Below are positions 1-13,698 of a stretch of 64,000 nt of DNA, one piece after another (position 1 is the first letter of the stretch; each line of letters opens with the position of its first letter). The translations under genes were made by a program, and so were the position numbers. The notes beneath the pieces are model-generated. The model searched no databases. It was given only the letters and a program-made list of their open reading frames with translations, and was not told where the DNA came from. Origin of the DNA: an uncultured Desulfarculus sp. (GTDB taxonomy: Bacteria; Desulfobacterota; Desulfarculia; Desulfarculales; Desulfarculaceae); assembly GCA_963665125.2 (NCBI GenBank), contig CAXXUK010000001.1, positions 2,560,001-2,624,000 of the forward strand, given 5' to 3'.

Positions 1-95
1 GACAACACATCCGGGTCGGCCAGGCTTTTTTCAACCTTGACGTAGCGGGCCTCGACTTCGTCGAGTTTGTTTTTGAGATCAACACCCAGTGACAT
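1..95 (-). CDS. prfA: Peptide chain release factor 1, N-terminal fragment (runs off window edge)
   Basis: Manual translation from ATG at 95: MSLGVDLKNKLDEVEARYVKVEKSLADPDVL, RF1-like N-terminus; rho-rpmE-DUF1385-prfA order is typical. Confidence 0.8.
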   Translation of the reverse strand, partial: MSLGVDLKNKLDEVEARYVKVEKSLADPDVL

Positions 96-101
96 GAAAA
101 C

Positions 102-1040
102 CTACAATACTTTTAGGGATGAGCCTTCCGCCCCGTCGGTATCGATGGCTGCCTGCAGGGCGCAGAGGGCGATTTCAATCTGCTTGTCGTCCGGTTCCCG
201 GGTGGTCATCCGCTGCAGTTGCAGGCCGGGCCACAACAGCATTCCCCATATGCCGCGACCGTTGCGTTCGCCCGCCCGGCGGATGACCTCGTAGGAGATT
301 CCGGCGATTGGCAGCATCAAAAAAACCTTTAAAACGATCTGGAGAAGCTGGTTTAGCCAGCCAGCCTCGGCAAACCGCGGCAACAACGGGAAGACTCCGG
401 CGAAAATAAAAATCGATATAACCAGGACCACCAGGATAAAGGCCGTGCCGCAACGGGGATGAAGCCGGGGATAGCCCCTTGCCGATTCAACGGACAACTC
501 GCCGCCTGATTCATAACAGAATATGGCCTTGTGTTCCGCGCCGTGATACTCGAATACCCTGCGGATATCGGGCATCAGCGAGATCAGCCAGATATAGGCC
601 AAAAAAAGACTGACCTTGATCACGCCGTCGATCAAATGGAACAGAAAACTGGTCTCGTCGTAGCCCGAGGGCCAGATGGTGCCCAGCCACAGGGCCAGCA
701 GATGCGGAACGGCCACGAACAGACCGATGCCCACGCCCACGGCGAAGAGCATCGTGGCGGCCATGGCCCAGGGGCTCAAGTCTTCGTCTTCTTCGTCCAG
801 GGCCTGTTGGGCCGAAAAAGACAGCGCCTTCATGCCCAGAACAAGGGTCTCGCCCAAAACAATGGGCCCGCGCAAAAACGGCCAACCCAAAAAGGGAAAG
901 CGTTTGGCCAGGCCCTTGAACGGGTCGTTTTTTACCAGGATTGCGCCGTCGGGCTTGCGCACGGCAACACACAGCCTCTCGGGAGCCTTCATCATGACTC
1001 CCTCGATGACTGCTTGTCCGCCTACGTTGGCCGGCTTCAT
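102..1040 (-). CDS. DUF1385 (YqhQ-like) membrane protein
   Basis: GGQAVIEGVMM, YHGAEHK, HPRCGT and TTREPD motifs; likely start MKPANVGG at 1040 (the longer ORF overlaps rpmE). Confidence 0.88.
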   Translation of the reverse strand: MKPANVGGQAVIEGVMMKAPERLCVAVRKPDGAILVKNDPFKGLAKRFPFLGWPFLRGPIVLGETLVLGMKALSFSAQQALDEEDEDLSPWAMAATMLFAVGVGIGLFVAVPHLLALWLGTIWPSGYDETSFLFHLIDGVIKVSLFLAYIWLISLMPDIRRVFEYHGAEHKAIFCYESGGELSVESARGYPRLHPRCGTAFILVVLVISIFIFAGVFPLLPRFAEAGWLNQLLQIVLKVFLMLPIAGISYEVIRRAGERNGRGIWGMLLWPGLQLQRMTTREPDDKQIEIALCALQAAIDTDGAEGSSLKVL

Positions 1041-1056
1041 CAAAACGCCGACGCTC

Positions 1057-1356
1057 CTATTCCTGGCCCTCCAGAGCCTCTTGCCGCTTCTTGGCGTCTT
1101 CCTCGGCTTTGGCCATACGGGCGGCTTCCAGCTCTTCGGCCTTGCCGGAGTACTGCTGCAAGTGAGCATATTTCTTATAGAAACGCTCAACGCGACCGGC
1201 GGAGTCGACGAGCTTCTGCTTGCCGGTGAAGAAGGGATGGCAAGCCGAGCAAATTTCAACGCGGATGTTGTCTTTGGTGGAACCGGAGACAAACTCGTTG
1301 CCGCAGGCGCAGCGCACGGTCGTCATTTTATAATCCGGATGGATATCCTTTTTCAT
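1057..1356 (-). CDS. rpmE: 50S ribosomal protein L31 (Zn-binding type) with charged C-terminal extension
   Basis: MKKDIHPDY...CACG...[22 protein letters not shown]. Confidence 0.96.
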   Translation of the reverse strand: MKKDIHPDYKMTTVRCACGNEFVSGSTKDNIRVEICSACHPFFTGKQKLVDSAGRVERFYKKYAHLQQYSGKAEELEAARMAKAEEDAKKRQEALEGQE

Positions 1357-1572
1357 CACAATCTCCAAAGATTGACCCTTATAGGAATACAGTATCCGCA
1401 GGTTTGCTGCGTTAAGCTATGGCCCTTGGTCCGTCTGGTATGCCGTAGCCTGCCTGCTGCGGAGTAATTCATTCATGTCAAGGGAGCAATTATAGCGCGG
1501 GTTTATTTGTTTGCAACCCCAAACAAAAGCCGCGGCCCGCCGAGGGCCACGGCATGTGCGCAACAAGTCTCC

Positions 1573-2973
<1,401 letters not shown>

Positions 2974-3279
2974 GACGCTTGTTCGTTATAGGTTGGCATT
3001 ACAATGTGGCGCACCAAATGATTGGCCTGAGCACACATAGACTTTTATGAGTTGTTTTTCGATCAAATCGCTACTTGTAAACGGGATTGGTTCCGTTTTG
3101 TTATGGTCTTTTCGACTGATCGGAGTATCTCCAGAAAGGCGGCGCTTGGAAACGGAATTCACCGTGTACCCATAGGCGACCTGTTTTCGAGTTTTATCTA
3201 TCGCCTCTTAATTGTCAATAACAAAGTTCACCTATTTATGTTTTATCGTTCGTAAGCCGCGGATATACCAACGCAGATT

Positions 3280-4245
3280 TTATGGGTTTGGCTGATCAGC
3301 GGCCTCCAGGGCCCTTAATACAGCCCTGAAATCATCAGGCAAAGGAGCCACTACTGCGATTTTCTGTTTAGTTATCGGATGTTCAAATTTGAGCTCGGCT
3401 GCGTGCAGAAGCTGCCTGTCAGCCTCTCTAACGGCGGCCCCGACCTGCCCCGGAAATGGCTTTCTGCCACGCCTGCCGCCATACATCTTGTCTCCGACCA
3501 CGGGATATCCGGCCTCGGACATATGTACCCTGATCTGGTGGGTTCGCCCGGTGTGGATGCTGACCCGCAGCAGGCTGACCCCGCTGCCGAATGATCTGGT
3601 CACCCGCCATTTGCTCAGGGCCGGTTTGGTGTGGCGACCCTTGGATGACATGCGTTTGCGGTCTTTGGGATGGCGCCCGATGCCGCTGTCAGCCTTGCCG
3701 GTGGCCGGTGGATGGCCATAAACAAGGGCCAGGTACTGCTTGGCCACCCGCCCCGCTGCAAAACGCATGACCAGGCCGCGGTGGGTGGCATCATCCTTGG
3801 CCACCACCATGGCACCGGAGGTGTCCATGTCCAGGCGGTGAACGATGCCGGGGCGTTCCTTGCCGCCGATGGCCGCCAAGCCTCCGCAGTGATGCAGCAG
3901 ACCATGGACCAGCGTGCCGCTGCCGTGGCCAGGAGAAGGATGAACCACCACTCCGGGCGCCTTGTTCAATACGATCAGATGTTCATCCTCAAAAAGTATA
4001 TCCAGGTCCATGGGCTCGGGAACAAGCTCGGTGGGCTCTGGTTCGGGCAGGCTGACGGCCAAGGCCTGCCCTGCCCTTACCTTTTGGGAGGGCCGAACAA
4101 CAGCGCCGTCGACGGTCACATGGCCCTGCTTGAGCAGACGCTGGACCTCCGCCCGGGAAAAATCCGCGCCAAGCAGCTCCAACACCACCACGTCCAGTCG
4201 TTTACCCGCGGCGGCAGGCGGCGTGGAAAACTCTATTAGCTTCAT
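3280..4245 (-). CDS. rluD: RluA/RluD-family pseudouridine synthase with S4 domain
   Basis: RLD S4-like N-terminus, NK.PG.VVHP, GIVHRLD.DTSG, TGRTHQIRVH. Confidence 0.92.
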   Translation of the reverse strand: MKLIEFSTPPAAAGKRLDVVVLELLGADFSRAEVQRLLKQGHVTVDGAVVRPSQKVRAGQALAVSLPEPEPTELVPEPMDLDILFEDEHLIVLNKAPGVVVHPSPGHGSGTLVHGLLHHCGGLAAIGGKERPGIVHRLDMDTSGAMVVAKDDATHRGLVMRFAAGRVAKQYLALVYGHPPATGKADSGIGRHPKDRKRMSSKGRHTKPALSKWRVTRSFGSGVSLLRVSIHTGRTHQIRVHMSEAGYPVVGDKMYGGRRGRKPFPGQVGAAVREADRQLLHAAELKFEHPITKQKIAVVAPLPDDFRAVLRALEAADQPNP

Positions 4246-4288
4246 GATGCATAAACAGGAAAGAAATCAAGGCGGCATGAGGCCATGA

Positions 4289-4771
4289 TCAATGACCGAA
4301 GATGCCTTCCACCTGGGCGGCAATCTCGTCCTCGGCCTGCTCCTGGGCGATGGACAGTTCCTTGACCAAAAGATTGCGGGCCGTGTCGAGCATCTTGCGC
4401 TCGCCAAAAGACAACTCTTTATCAGTGCTGAGCAGACACAGATCGCGCAGGACTTCGGCGACTTCAAACACCGAACCGGTTTTGATCTTGTTCATGTATT
4501 CGCGGTAGCGGCGGTTCCAGGTCTGGTTTTCAATGACCACGTCATGGTCTTCGAGGATACTGAAAACCCTGATCACGTCATCATTGGCAATGATCGGGCG
4601 CAAACCAACCGCCGTGGCATTGGTGGTCGGCACCATAATTATCATGTCGTTATCCAAGATGCGCAGAATATAGAACTGCTGCAGAGCACCCCCGATCTCT
4701 TTTTCTTCGACTGCTTCAATACGGCCAACGCCATGGGCCGGGTAAACTGCTAGTTGACCCAGGTCAAACAT
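4289..4771 (-). CDS. carD: CarD/CdnL-family RNA polymerase-binding regulator
   Basis: VYPAHGVG.I, WNRRYR, LSFGERKML; ATG at 4771. Confidence 0.93.
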   Translation of the reverse strand: MFDLGQLAVYPAHGVGRIEAVEEKEIGGALQQFYILRILDNDMIIMVPTTNATAVGLRPIIANDDVIRVFSILEDHDVVIENQTWNRRYREYMNKIKTGSVFEVAEVLRDLCLLSTDKELSFGERKMLDTARNLLVKELSIAQEQAEDEIAAQVEGIFGH

Positions 4772-4824
4772 TTGGTGCTCCTGCGGTAAACACACTGGTG
4801 GGAAAGTAACTGATTATGGTAGTT

Positions 4825-4852
4825 ATTTTATCATCTACCACTGAGGTGTCAA
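4825..4852 (-). promoter_or_regulatory. Sigma70-type promoter for carD
   Basis: Minus strand TTGACA-16 nt-TAAAAT with extended -10 TG. Confidence 0.6.
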
Positions 4853-4885
4853 GCAAACGTGACATTATAGCCATTGTAAACAAGA

Positions 4886-4915
4886 CGGGGCCAGCCCCCT
4901 AAAGGACCGGCCCCG
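4886..4915 (-). terminator. GC-rich hairpin after hppA, possible terminator
   Basis: cggggcc...ggccccg arms just downstream of the hppA stop; U-tract weak. Confidence 0.45.
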
Positions 4916-4939
4916 AGTAGTCGCGATTCTAATCGTCGA

Positions 4940-7027
<2,088 letters not shown>

Positions 7028-7041
7028 TACCCCTCTTCCTC

Positions 7042-7614
7042 CTACTTCACAAACGAACGGTGAAACTTTTGCATGGCCTCCGTCGTCCCTTGAGTTAGCA
7101 TGGTCTCAAGGCAATCGGCGGAAACCTGCACCATTTTATTTCCAAGCTCCTGCTGATCGGCGTAAAAGCCGGTCAGCACGTATTTCTCTATGGGTTCTCC
7201 ATGCCGGGGGCGACCTACGCCGAAGCGCAGTCTCGCAAATTCATCGGTCCCTAGCAAGTGGATAATGGAACCAACTCCTTTATGACCCGCCGCCCCTCCC
7301 CGTGTGGCGACCTTGATCCGGCCGAGTTCCAAATCCAGTTCGTCGTGAACCACAATCAAATCGGAAGGTTCAAGACGGAAATACTTGAGCAGGCTGGCGA
7401 CCGCTTCACCGCTGAGATTCATAAAGGTCTGCGGCAAGGCGGCAATTACGGGCAGGCCATTGACCGCGCCCTTGCCCCACATGCTCCGGTGGCCGCTTTT
7501 GCCCAGCCCAATGCCGTGACGGCGGGCCATCTCCTCGACCACCATAAATCCGGCATTATGCCGGTTATCTTCATATTGCCGGCCCGGGTTGCCAAGCCCA
7601 ATGACAACCCGCAT
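7042..7614 (-). CDS. pth: Peptidyl-tRNA hydrolase
   Basis: GLGNPG..Y...[26 protein letters not shown]; alternative TTG start at 7644. Confidence 0.96.
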   Translation of the reverse strand: MRVVIGLGNPGRQYEDNRHNAGFMVVEEMARRHGIGLGKSGHRSMWGKGAVNGLPVIAALPQTFMNLSGEAVASLLKYFRLEPSDLIVVHDELDLELGRIKVATRGGAAGHKGVGSIIHLLGTDEFARLRFGVGRPRHGEPIEKYVLTGFYADQQELGNKMVQVSADCLETMLTQGTTEAMQKFHRSFVK

Positions 7615-7650
7615 GCCTGCTTGCGTTTTATTGCGCCAAAACAAAGGCGG

Positions 7651-8283
7651 CTACTCGCCGGACTCCTCGGCGGCTCCTTCTTCGCCCTCTTCGCCTTCTT
7701 CGCCCTCTTCGCCTTCATCAAGGCTGGAGGCCTTCTTGGCGCAGCTTACGATCATCACCGATTCTTCAGAGGCAAGCACCACGCCGGCGGGCAATTCCAA
7801 TTGGTCGGTCTGAATATTTTCGCCGACATCGAGGGCGCTGACATCCACCTCAATGGAATCGGGAATATCCATGATGCTTCCCCGGAGGGTAACCGAGTAG
7901 AGGCCCTGGCTTACCGTACCGCCGTCATCAAGACCCTTGGCCTTGCCGGTCAGTTCCAAAGGAACGTCCACGGTAATTTCCTGACCCACTTTGATTTCGT
8001 AGAAATCGGCATGGACGATTTTTTTACCCATATAATCCTGCTGCATTTCATGCAGCAATACGGGACGGGCATCTTCGCCGTTTATCTGCAAGGCCAAAAA
8101 CGCGGAATCGCCGGAGACCTGGCGCAGCATTCTTTCCATTTCGCGCGTTTCGACGGCCAGCTTCACAGGGTCTTTTCCGGCGCCGTAGATCACGGCCGGA
8201 ACAACGCCGTCACGCCTCATTTGGCGGGCAGGCCCCTTGCCGGTGGTTTCGCGGCGGGTTGCCGCCAGCGGTATCTGCTTCAT
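7651..8283 (-). CDS. rplY: 50S ribosomal protein L25/Ctc
   Basis: R...GKG.AR..RR.G.VPAVIYG, HADFY; three-domain Ctc type with acidic tail. Confidence 0.95.
   Translation of the reverse strand: MKQIPLAATRRETTGKGPARQMRRDGVVPAVIYGAGKDPVKLAVETREMERMLRQVSGDSAFLALQINGEDARPVLLHEMQQDYMGKKIVHADFYEIKVGQEITVDVPLELTGKAKGLDDGGTVSQGLYSVTLRGSIMDIPDSIEVDVSALDVGENIQTDQLELPAGVVLASEESVMIVSCAKKASSLDEGEEGEEGEEGEEGAAEESGE
7675..7716 (-). repeat. Imperfect 9-bp tandem repeat encoding (EGE)n acidic tail of L25
   Basis: ttcgccctc/ttcgccttc units; protein DEGEEGEEGEEGEEG. Confidence 0.7.
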
Positions 8284-8400
8284 GGTGCAATAACTCCCCC
8301 CGGCGCCCCAAACCAAGGCAACCGGGATTTTGGATCATGTGACTATAATGTATTATTTCACAAATGGCAAACTTTTTAATCGTACTTGGACGACCTTATC

Positions 8401-9342
8401 CTAAACGAACAAGGAGCTTACCGAGTCCTCCATATGGATGCGGCGGATAGCCTCGCCGAGAATACGGGCCACGGACAAACTGGTGATTTTACCGGAATCC
8501 TTCGCCTCATCCTTGAGAGGAATTGTATTCGTGACGACAACTCTTTCAATGGGGCTTTCCTTGATGCGCGTGACCGCGGGGCCGGAAAGCACCGCATGGC
8601 TGGCGCAAGCCCAAACACCGCTGGCTCCGTGATCCATCAAGGCCCTGGCAGCCTCGGTGAGGGTTCCCGCCGTGTCGATCATGTCATCAAGGACGACTGC
8701 CATCTTGCCGTTGACCTCGCCGATGATGTTCATGGCTTCGGCCACGTTGGCTTTTTCGCGGCGTTTGTCAATGATGGCCAGTCCGGCGGACAAGCGCTTG
8801 GCAATGGCCCTGGCCCGTTCCACACCGCCGGCGTCGGGGCTGACGATGATGGCCTCGCCCCTGAGCTGGGTGCGCAGGTAATCGAGCATGACCGGGGCGC
8901 CATAAAGGTGATCGACCGGTATATTGAAAAACCCGCCGATCTGACCGGCATGCAGATCCATGGCCAAAACCCGGCCCGCTCCGGCCGTGGTGATCAGATC
9001 GGCCACCAGTTTGGCCGAAATGGGCGCGCGCGGGGCCACCTTGCGGTCCTGGCGAGCATAGCCGTAGTAGGGAATCACGGCTGTGATGCGTCTGGCGCTG
9101 GCCCGGCGGAAGGCATCTATCATTATCAGCAATTCCATCAGATGCACGTTGACCGGCGGGCTGGTGGACTGGATCACGAAAACGTCTGCGCCGCGCACGT
9201 TTTCACCGATTTCCACCAAAATTTCGCCGTCGCTGAAGCGCCTGACCACGGCCTGGCTAAGCGGCAAATGCAAGTAATGACAGATTTCCTCGGCCAAGGC
9301 CGGGTTGCTGTTGCCCGTGAACACTTTGAGTTTGTTAAACAT
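8401..9342 (-). CDS. prs: Ribose-phosphate pyrophosphokinase
   Basis: [49 protein letters not shown]. Confidence 0.98.
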   Translation of the reverse strand: MFNKLKVFTGNSNPALAEEICHYLHLPLSQAVVRRFSDGEILVEIGENVRGADVFVIQSTSPPVNVHLMELLIMIDAFRRASARRITAVIPYYGYARQDRKVAPRAPISAKLVADLITTAGAGRVLAMDLHAGQIGGFFNIPVDHLYGAPVMLDYLRTQLRGEAIIVSPDAGGVERARAIAKRLSAGLAIIDKRREKANVAEAMNIIGEVNGKMAVVLDDMIDTAGTLTEAARALMDHGASGVWACASHAVLSGPAVTRIKESPIERVVVTNTIPLKDEAKDSGKITSLSVARILGEAIRRIHMEDSVSSLFV

Positions 9343-9427
9343 CTTAGCCCAAACCCGGCACCGGCAGTCGTTCCAGCACACCCCTGGTGCCCGAGCTACT
9401 GCCGGCTAGATTTTTTCTTAAATGGAC

Positions 9428-9502
9428 TGGCTGGGGCGGTAGGATTCGAACCTACGAATGCGGGTTCCAAAGACCCGTGTCTTACCACTTGACGACGCCC
9501 CA
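9428..9502 (-). tRNA. tRNA-Gln (anticodon TTG)
   Basis: Minus strand TGGGGCGTCGTCAAGTGGTAAGACACGGGTCTTTGGAACCCGCATTCGTAGGTTCGAATCCTACCGCCCCAGCCA; CGGGT/ACCCG anticodon stem, GTTCGAA T-loop, CCA end; usual ispE-tRNA-Gln-prs position. Confidence 0.97.
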
Positions 9503-9530
9503 ACCGGATTGTCAGTGCGGTAGTTTACCG

Positions 9531-9815
9531 TTAACTCGCGGCTCCCGCCACGTTATCGTTGTCCTCGAGCATACGATTGTACTCATTGAGGACCGTTTCC
9601 TCTATCATGCGGCGGGTTTCGCTATTCAATGGATGAGCAATATCCTGGTAAGAACCGTCTTTGCGTTTCTTGCTGGGCATCGCTACAAATAGGCCCTTGT
9701 TCCCATGGATGACCTTTACGTCTCTGACGAGAAAACAATGGTCAAACGTCAAGGTGGCATAAGCCTTGAGCCTATCTTCATCAACCGGAAAAACCCTGAC
9801 TTCGGTCACGTCCAT
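9531..9815 (-). CDS. spoVG: SpoVG-family nucleic-acid-binding protein
   Basis: VTEVRV...LKAYA.LTFD..F.V.D.KVI.G..GLFVAMPS.K..DG.Y.DIAHP. Confidence 0.95.
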   Translation of the reverse strand: MDVTEVRVFPVDEDRLKAYATLTFDHCFLVRDVKVIHGNKGLFVAMPSKKRKDGSYQDIAHPLNSETRRMIEETVLNEYNRMLEDNDNVAGAAS

Positions 9816-9844
9816 GCCGCCCCCTAAACAGCTACTGATGTGAA

Positions 9845-10684
9845 TCAAATACCTCGGCAGGCGCAAACCCACCAGTGTTGATTGCCTGCCAACTCCCGAG
9901 CCGCCTTGGCTGCGGAAGCGGCGTCCGGGAAAACGCCAAATACCGTCGGACCGCTACCCGACATGAGCACCCCCTGGGCGCCGCTATCGGCCATGGCCCG
10001 TTTGACCTCTTCAAGCTGTGGATACTCCCGTATTGTGACGTTCTCCAGGTCATTAACTAGGATATCACACAGCGCATCCCCAGTGCATGGTAGGGAACCC
10101 ATTTTATTAAAATTAGTTGGTTTTGTCCATGTCAAATCATATTGGCTGTAAACACGGGCGGTGGAAACGGCGAAACCCGGGTTGATCAGAACATAGTTAA
10201 GCAACGGAAACGCGGAGACAGGCTCGACCCTATCACCTATTCCGCTGCACAATGCGGTCCGGCACGCCAAGAAAAAAGGCACATCGGCTCCCAGACCGGC
10301 GGCCAGGCTCACCAGCTTCTCGGCAGGCAGCGCTCCGCCGTGCAGGGCATTGAGTCCGATCAAAGCCGCGGCTGCGTCCGAGGAGCCACCGCCCAGACCG
10401 GCCGCCACTGGAATTTTCTTTACTAGGCTGAAACTGGCGCCACCCGGACGGCCCAGGGCCGCGAAATAGGTTTTCGCGGCCCTGAGCACCAGGTTGTCGT
10501 CATTCAAGGCGGGATCGCTGCATTCGAGGCTCAGCCCCTGATCCTTTAGCTCCACGCTCAATTCGTCAGCCAGGCTCAGGGGCTGCATCAAGGTCAGCAG
10601 CTCATGGTAGCCGTCATCCCGCCTGCCCAGGATGCGCAAGCTCAGATTAACTTTGGCCGGAGCCGACAGGATAAGTTTCGGCAT
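9845..10684 (-). CDS. ispE: 4-diphosphocytidyl-2-C-methyl-D-erythritol kinase
   Basis: APAKVNL.L.I.GRR.DGYH, KKIPVAAGLGGGSSDAA, GADVPFF, MSGSGPTVF. Confidence 0.97.
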   Translation of the reverse strand: MPKLILSAPAKVNLSLRILGRRDDGYHELLTLMQPLSLADELSVELKDQGLSLECSDPALNDDNLVLRAAKTYFAALGRPGGASFSLVKKIPVAAGLGGGSSDAAAALIGLNALHGGALPAEKLVSLAAGLGADVPFFLACRTALCSGIGDRVEPVSAFPLLNYVLINPGFAVSTARVYSQYDLTWTKPTNFNKMGSLPCTGDALCDILVNDLENVTIREYPQLEEVKRAMADSGAQGVLMSGSGPTVFGVFPDAASAAKAARELAGNQHWWVCACRGI

Positions 10685-10688
10685 TATG

Positions 10689-12143
10689 TTAGCCCTTGGG
10701 CAGTTTGATCACGGTATAGTTGCGGCGATTGCCACGCTGGTAGTAAACCATCATGCCGTCGCCGGGTTCCAGTTCATCTATCATGTTCTTGAACGTCTCA
10801 ATGCTGTCGACCGGTTTACGGTTGGCCTCGATAATGACGTCTCCGCTCTTGAGACCGGCCTCGGCAGCCGGGCTGCCCTCTCTCACGCCGCTGACCACCA
10901 GGCCTTGGGGCTTGTCCAGGCCAAACTGTTCGGCAAGCTCGGGCGTTACCTGCTGCAGGGTCATGCCCAGCTTTTCTTCGGCCTCCTTCTGGCGTTCGGT
11001 GGGCTGGGCCGCCGTTTCGTTCATCTCGCCGATGTGGACCTCGAGTTCCTTTTCATCGCCGTCGCGGATGACCACAACCTCGACATCCTTGCCCACCGGC
11101 GTATCGGCCACCAGCGCCGGAAGGTCATGCCAGTTTTCCACGTCCTTGCCGTCGTACTCGATGATCACATCCCCGTTCTTCAGGCCGGCCTTGTCGGCCG
11201 GAGAGCCCTTGATGACCTGGGCCACCAACGCGCCGACGGGTTTTTTCATATCGAGCTGCTCGGCCAGCTCAGGGGTGACGGGCTGGAAGTAGATGCCCAG
11301 ATAGCCCCGGACCACCTTGCCCTTGTCCCTAAGCTGGGCCGCGATCTTTTTGACCATGTTCACCGGTATGGCAAAACCTATACCTTGGCCCTGGGCCGTG
11401 ATAGCCGTGTTGATGCCCACGACCTCGCCGCGCAGGTTGATCAGCGGACCGCCGGAGTTGCCGGGGTTGATGCTGGCGTCGGTCTGTAAAAAGTCGTCAT
11501 AGGGGCCCGCGCCGATGATTCGTCCCTTGGCGCTGATGATGCCTGCTGTTACGGTGTTTTCCAGGCCAAAGGGGTTGCCCACGGCCAGAACCCAGTCGCC
11601 CACCCTCAGTTTGGCGCTGTCGCCCAGTGGAAGATACGGCAAATCATCCTGGGCCTCGACCTTTATCAGGGCGAGGTCGGTTTTGGCGTCGCGGCCAATG
11701 ACCTTGGCCGGCAGTTCCTTGCCGCCCTTGAAGCGCACCACGATCTCATCGGCCTTGTCGACCACATGGTTGTTGGTGATCAGATAGCCCTTGGCGTCGA
11801 TTATCACGCCCGAGCCCAAGGAACGCTGCTTGAACTCCTTGGACTCACCCTTGGGGCCGGGCCTGCCGAAAAACCGCTCAAAAAACTCGTCCGGGAACGG
11901 GTTGTTCTGTCCCCGGCCACCGGGCTGACCTTGGAAGAACTTCATCATGGGCGAGCCCTTGACGGTCTTGACAATGCGGATATTGACCACCGCCGGCGAC
12001 ACCTGTTCCACCAAATCGGCAAAGCTGGCCGACGGCAGGCTGGTTTTGCTTTCGGCCAGTGCCGGCAGCGCCAAAACCAGGGCCAGAAGCACCGCCGCAC
12101 CCATGACCGTCACTCTGGTCATTGTTTGTTTGAATTTAATCAT
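10689..12143 (-). CDS. Do/DegP/DegQ-family periplasmic serine protease with two PDZ domains
   Basis: Signal peptide, SLGSG, TNNHVV, DLALIK, QTDASINPGNSGGPL. Confidence 0.96.
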   Translation of the reverse strand: MIKFKQTMTRVTVMGAAVLLALVLALPALAESKTSLPSASFADLVEQVSPAVVNIRIVKTVKGSPMMKFFQGQPGGRGQNNPFPDEFFERFFGRPGPKGESKEFKQRSLGSGVIIDAKGYLITNNHVVDKADEIVVRFKGGKELPAKVIGRDAKTDLALIKVEAQDDLPYLPLGDSAKLRVGDWVLAVGNPFGLENTVTAGIISAKGRIIGAGPYDDFLQTDASINPGNSGGPLINLRGEVVGINTAITAQGQGIGFAIPVNMVKKIAAQLRDKGKVVRGYLGIYFQPVTPELAEQLDMKKPVGALVAQVIKGSPADKAGLKNGDVIIEYDGKDVENWHDLPALVADTPVGKDVEVVVIRDGDEKELEVHIGEMNETAAQPTERQKEAEEKLGMTLQQVTPELAEQFGLDKPQGLVVSGVREGSPAAEAGLKSGDVIIEANRKPVDSIETFKNMIDELEPGDGMMVYYQRGNRRNYTVIKLPKG

Positions 12144-12167
12144 ATTTTTCTCCGCGCGAATGGCCCG

Positions 12168-12584
12168 TTATTTGTTCATGTGAACATATGCCAAACGCAG
12201 GTCCGTCAATATATTATCTACAATGCGCTGCTCCTCGTCGGTGAGGTTTCCGGTTGTCTTTTCCTTGAGCATTCCTATGGTATCAATGGCATGGCGGGCC
12301 AAAGGCAGGTTCGGCTGGGCCGGTTGGCCGCTCTCGAAATCAGGGATTTGACCCAAATGCATCATCGCCGCATGGGCCAAAGACAGCACCAGGCCGGCGA
12401 AATCCACCGGAGGCAGTTGGGCGTCAGGCGGAGGCATTTGTTCATTGCCAACCGCTTGATCCGTTTTATCCTCAGCAGTTGCATCGTCCGCGGCCTGTGC
12501 CTGCTCCTGCTGGTCTTTCAAGTTTCCCTGATCATCAAAGGACCGCCGGTCTTTTACCGTGAAGCCTTGATCCTGTTCACTCAT
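12168..12584 (-). CDS. DUF1844 domain protein
   Basis: GFTVKDRR N-terminus; AMMHLG.IP, AR.AID...ML.EKT.GNL..EE. Confidence 0.8.
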   Translation of the reverse strand: MSEQDQGFTVKDRRSFDDQGNLKDQQEQAQAADDATAEDKTDQAVGNEQMPPPDAQLPPVDFAGLVLSLAHAAMMHLGQIPDFESGQPAQPNLPLARHAIDTIGMLKEKTTGNLTDEEQRIVDNILTDLRLAYVHMNK

Positions 12585-12675
12585 TGCAACCCCCTCTATC
12601 GGTGCAGTGTGGGATATGTTTCAACAATCAAATTATAAACAATATAAGACCGGCCATCGGCGGAGGCAAGCGGCC

Positions 12676-12720
12676 AAAAGAAAAGGCGGCAACTCGTAGA
12701 GCAACTACGAATCGCCGCCT
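12676..12720 (-). terminator. Intrinsic terminator after serA
   Basis: aggcggc...gccgcct stem with adjacent A-run (U-tract on minus strand). Confidence 0.55.
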
Positions 12721-12742
12721 CGTTACAGCTAATTGCTGGTGC

Positions 12743-13693
12743 TTACTTGGCCGGAGCGTTCACCGCGAACTCAGGCTTGCCGCCCTTGAGAAAGGCGCTC
12801 ATCTGGTTTGCCACGGCCACGGCCACGTTTTCCTGGGCTTCAAAGGTATTGGCGCCCAGATGCGGGGTGCAGACCACGTCCTCGGCATAGACCAAACGGC
12901 TATTGGAGGGCAGTGGTTCGACCTCGAAAACATCCAAAGCCGCGCCGGCCAGCTTACCTTCTTCCAAGGCGTCGCAAAGGGCCTCCTCGTCAACGATGCC
13001 GCCACGGGCGCAGTTGATCAGGTATGCGCCGGCCTTCATCTTCTTGAAGGTCTCGCCGTTGAACAGACAGGCGGTCTCCTTGGTCTTGGGCACGTGGATG
13101 GAGATGTAATCCGACTCGGCCAGCAGATCGTCAAAAGGCTTGGGCTCGGCGCCACGGGACTTGATGGTCTCATCGTCCATGAAGGGATCAAAGCCCAGGA
13201 CATTCATCTTGCAGCCGGTGGCCAGTTCGGCCAAAACCTTGCCGATGTTGCCCAGGCCAATGATACCCAGGGTCTTGCCCTTGAGCTCGCGGCCGCGAAG
13301 CTGCTTTTTCTCCCACTTGCCGTCCTTGACGCCCCGGTTGCCCCGGCCGATGTGGCGGCTGATGGCAAAAAGGTGGCCCATTGCCAATTCGGCGGCAGCG
13401 TTGGAGTTCTGCCCTGGGGTGTTCATTACGATTACACCCTTTTCGGTGCAGGCGGGGATATCGACGTTGTCCAGGCCGGTACCGGCGCGGCCCACAACCT
13501 TGAGGCTGTCGGCAGCGGCCAGCAGGTCCGCGTTGACCTTTGTGGCGCTGCGGATAACCAAACCGTCGACGCCCTTGATGACCTTTTTCAGTTCTTCAGG
13601 GTCCAAGCCGGTGTTGACTTCCACGTCAAAACCCTCGGCCTTGAAAATCTCGATGCCCTTGTCATGCAGGGGATCGGAAATCAGAATCTTCAT
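12743..13693 (-). CDS. serA: D-3-phosphoglycerate dehydrogenase-like 2-hydroxyacid dehydrogenase (short form, no ACT domain)
   Basis: IRSATKV, GRAGTGLDNVD, GLGNIG, INCARGGIVDE, TPHLGA.T.EAQ. Confidence 0.88.
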   Translation of the reverse strand: MKILISDPLHDKGIEIFKAEGFDVEVNTGLDPEELKKVIKGVDGLVIRSATKVNADLLAAADSLKVVGRAGTGLDNVDIPACTEKGVIVMNTPGQNSNAAAELAMGHLFAISRHIGRGNRGVKDGKWEKKQLRGRELKGKTLGIIGLGNIGKVLAELATGCKMNVLGFDPFMDDETIKSRGAEPKPFDDLLAESDYISIHVPKTKETACLFNGETFKKMKAGAYLINCARGGIVDEEALCDALEEGKLAGAALDVFEVEPLPSNSRLVYAEDVVCTPHLGANTFEAQENVAVAVANQMSAFLKGGKPEFAVNAPAK

Positions 13694-13698
13694 GATAT

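Noticed and set aside
1041..1292. N-terminal 83 aa of the 396-aa ORF 102..1292
   Set aside because: Overlaps rpmE in another frame; DUF1385 similarity starts at MKPANVGG (1040)
8346..8363. Rex-like site upstream of rplY (TTGTGAAAT on the minus strand)
   Set aside because: Only a half-site, lying in the spacer of an apparent TTGCCA-17-TATAGT promoter
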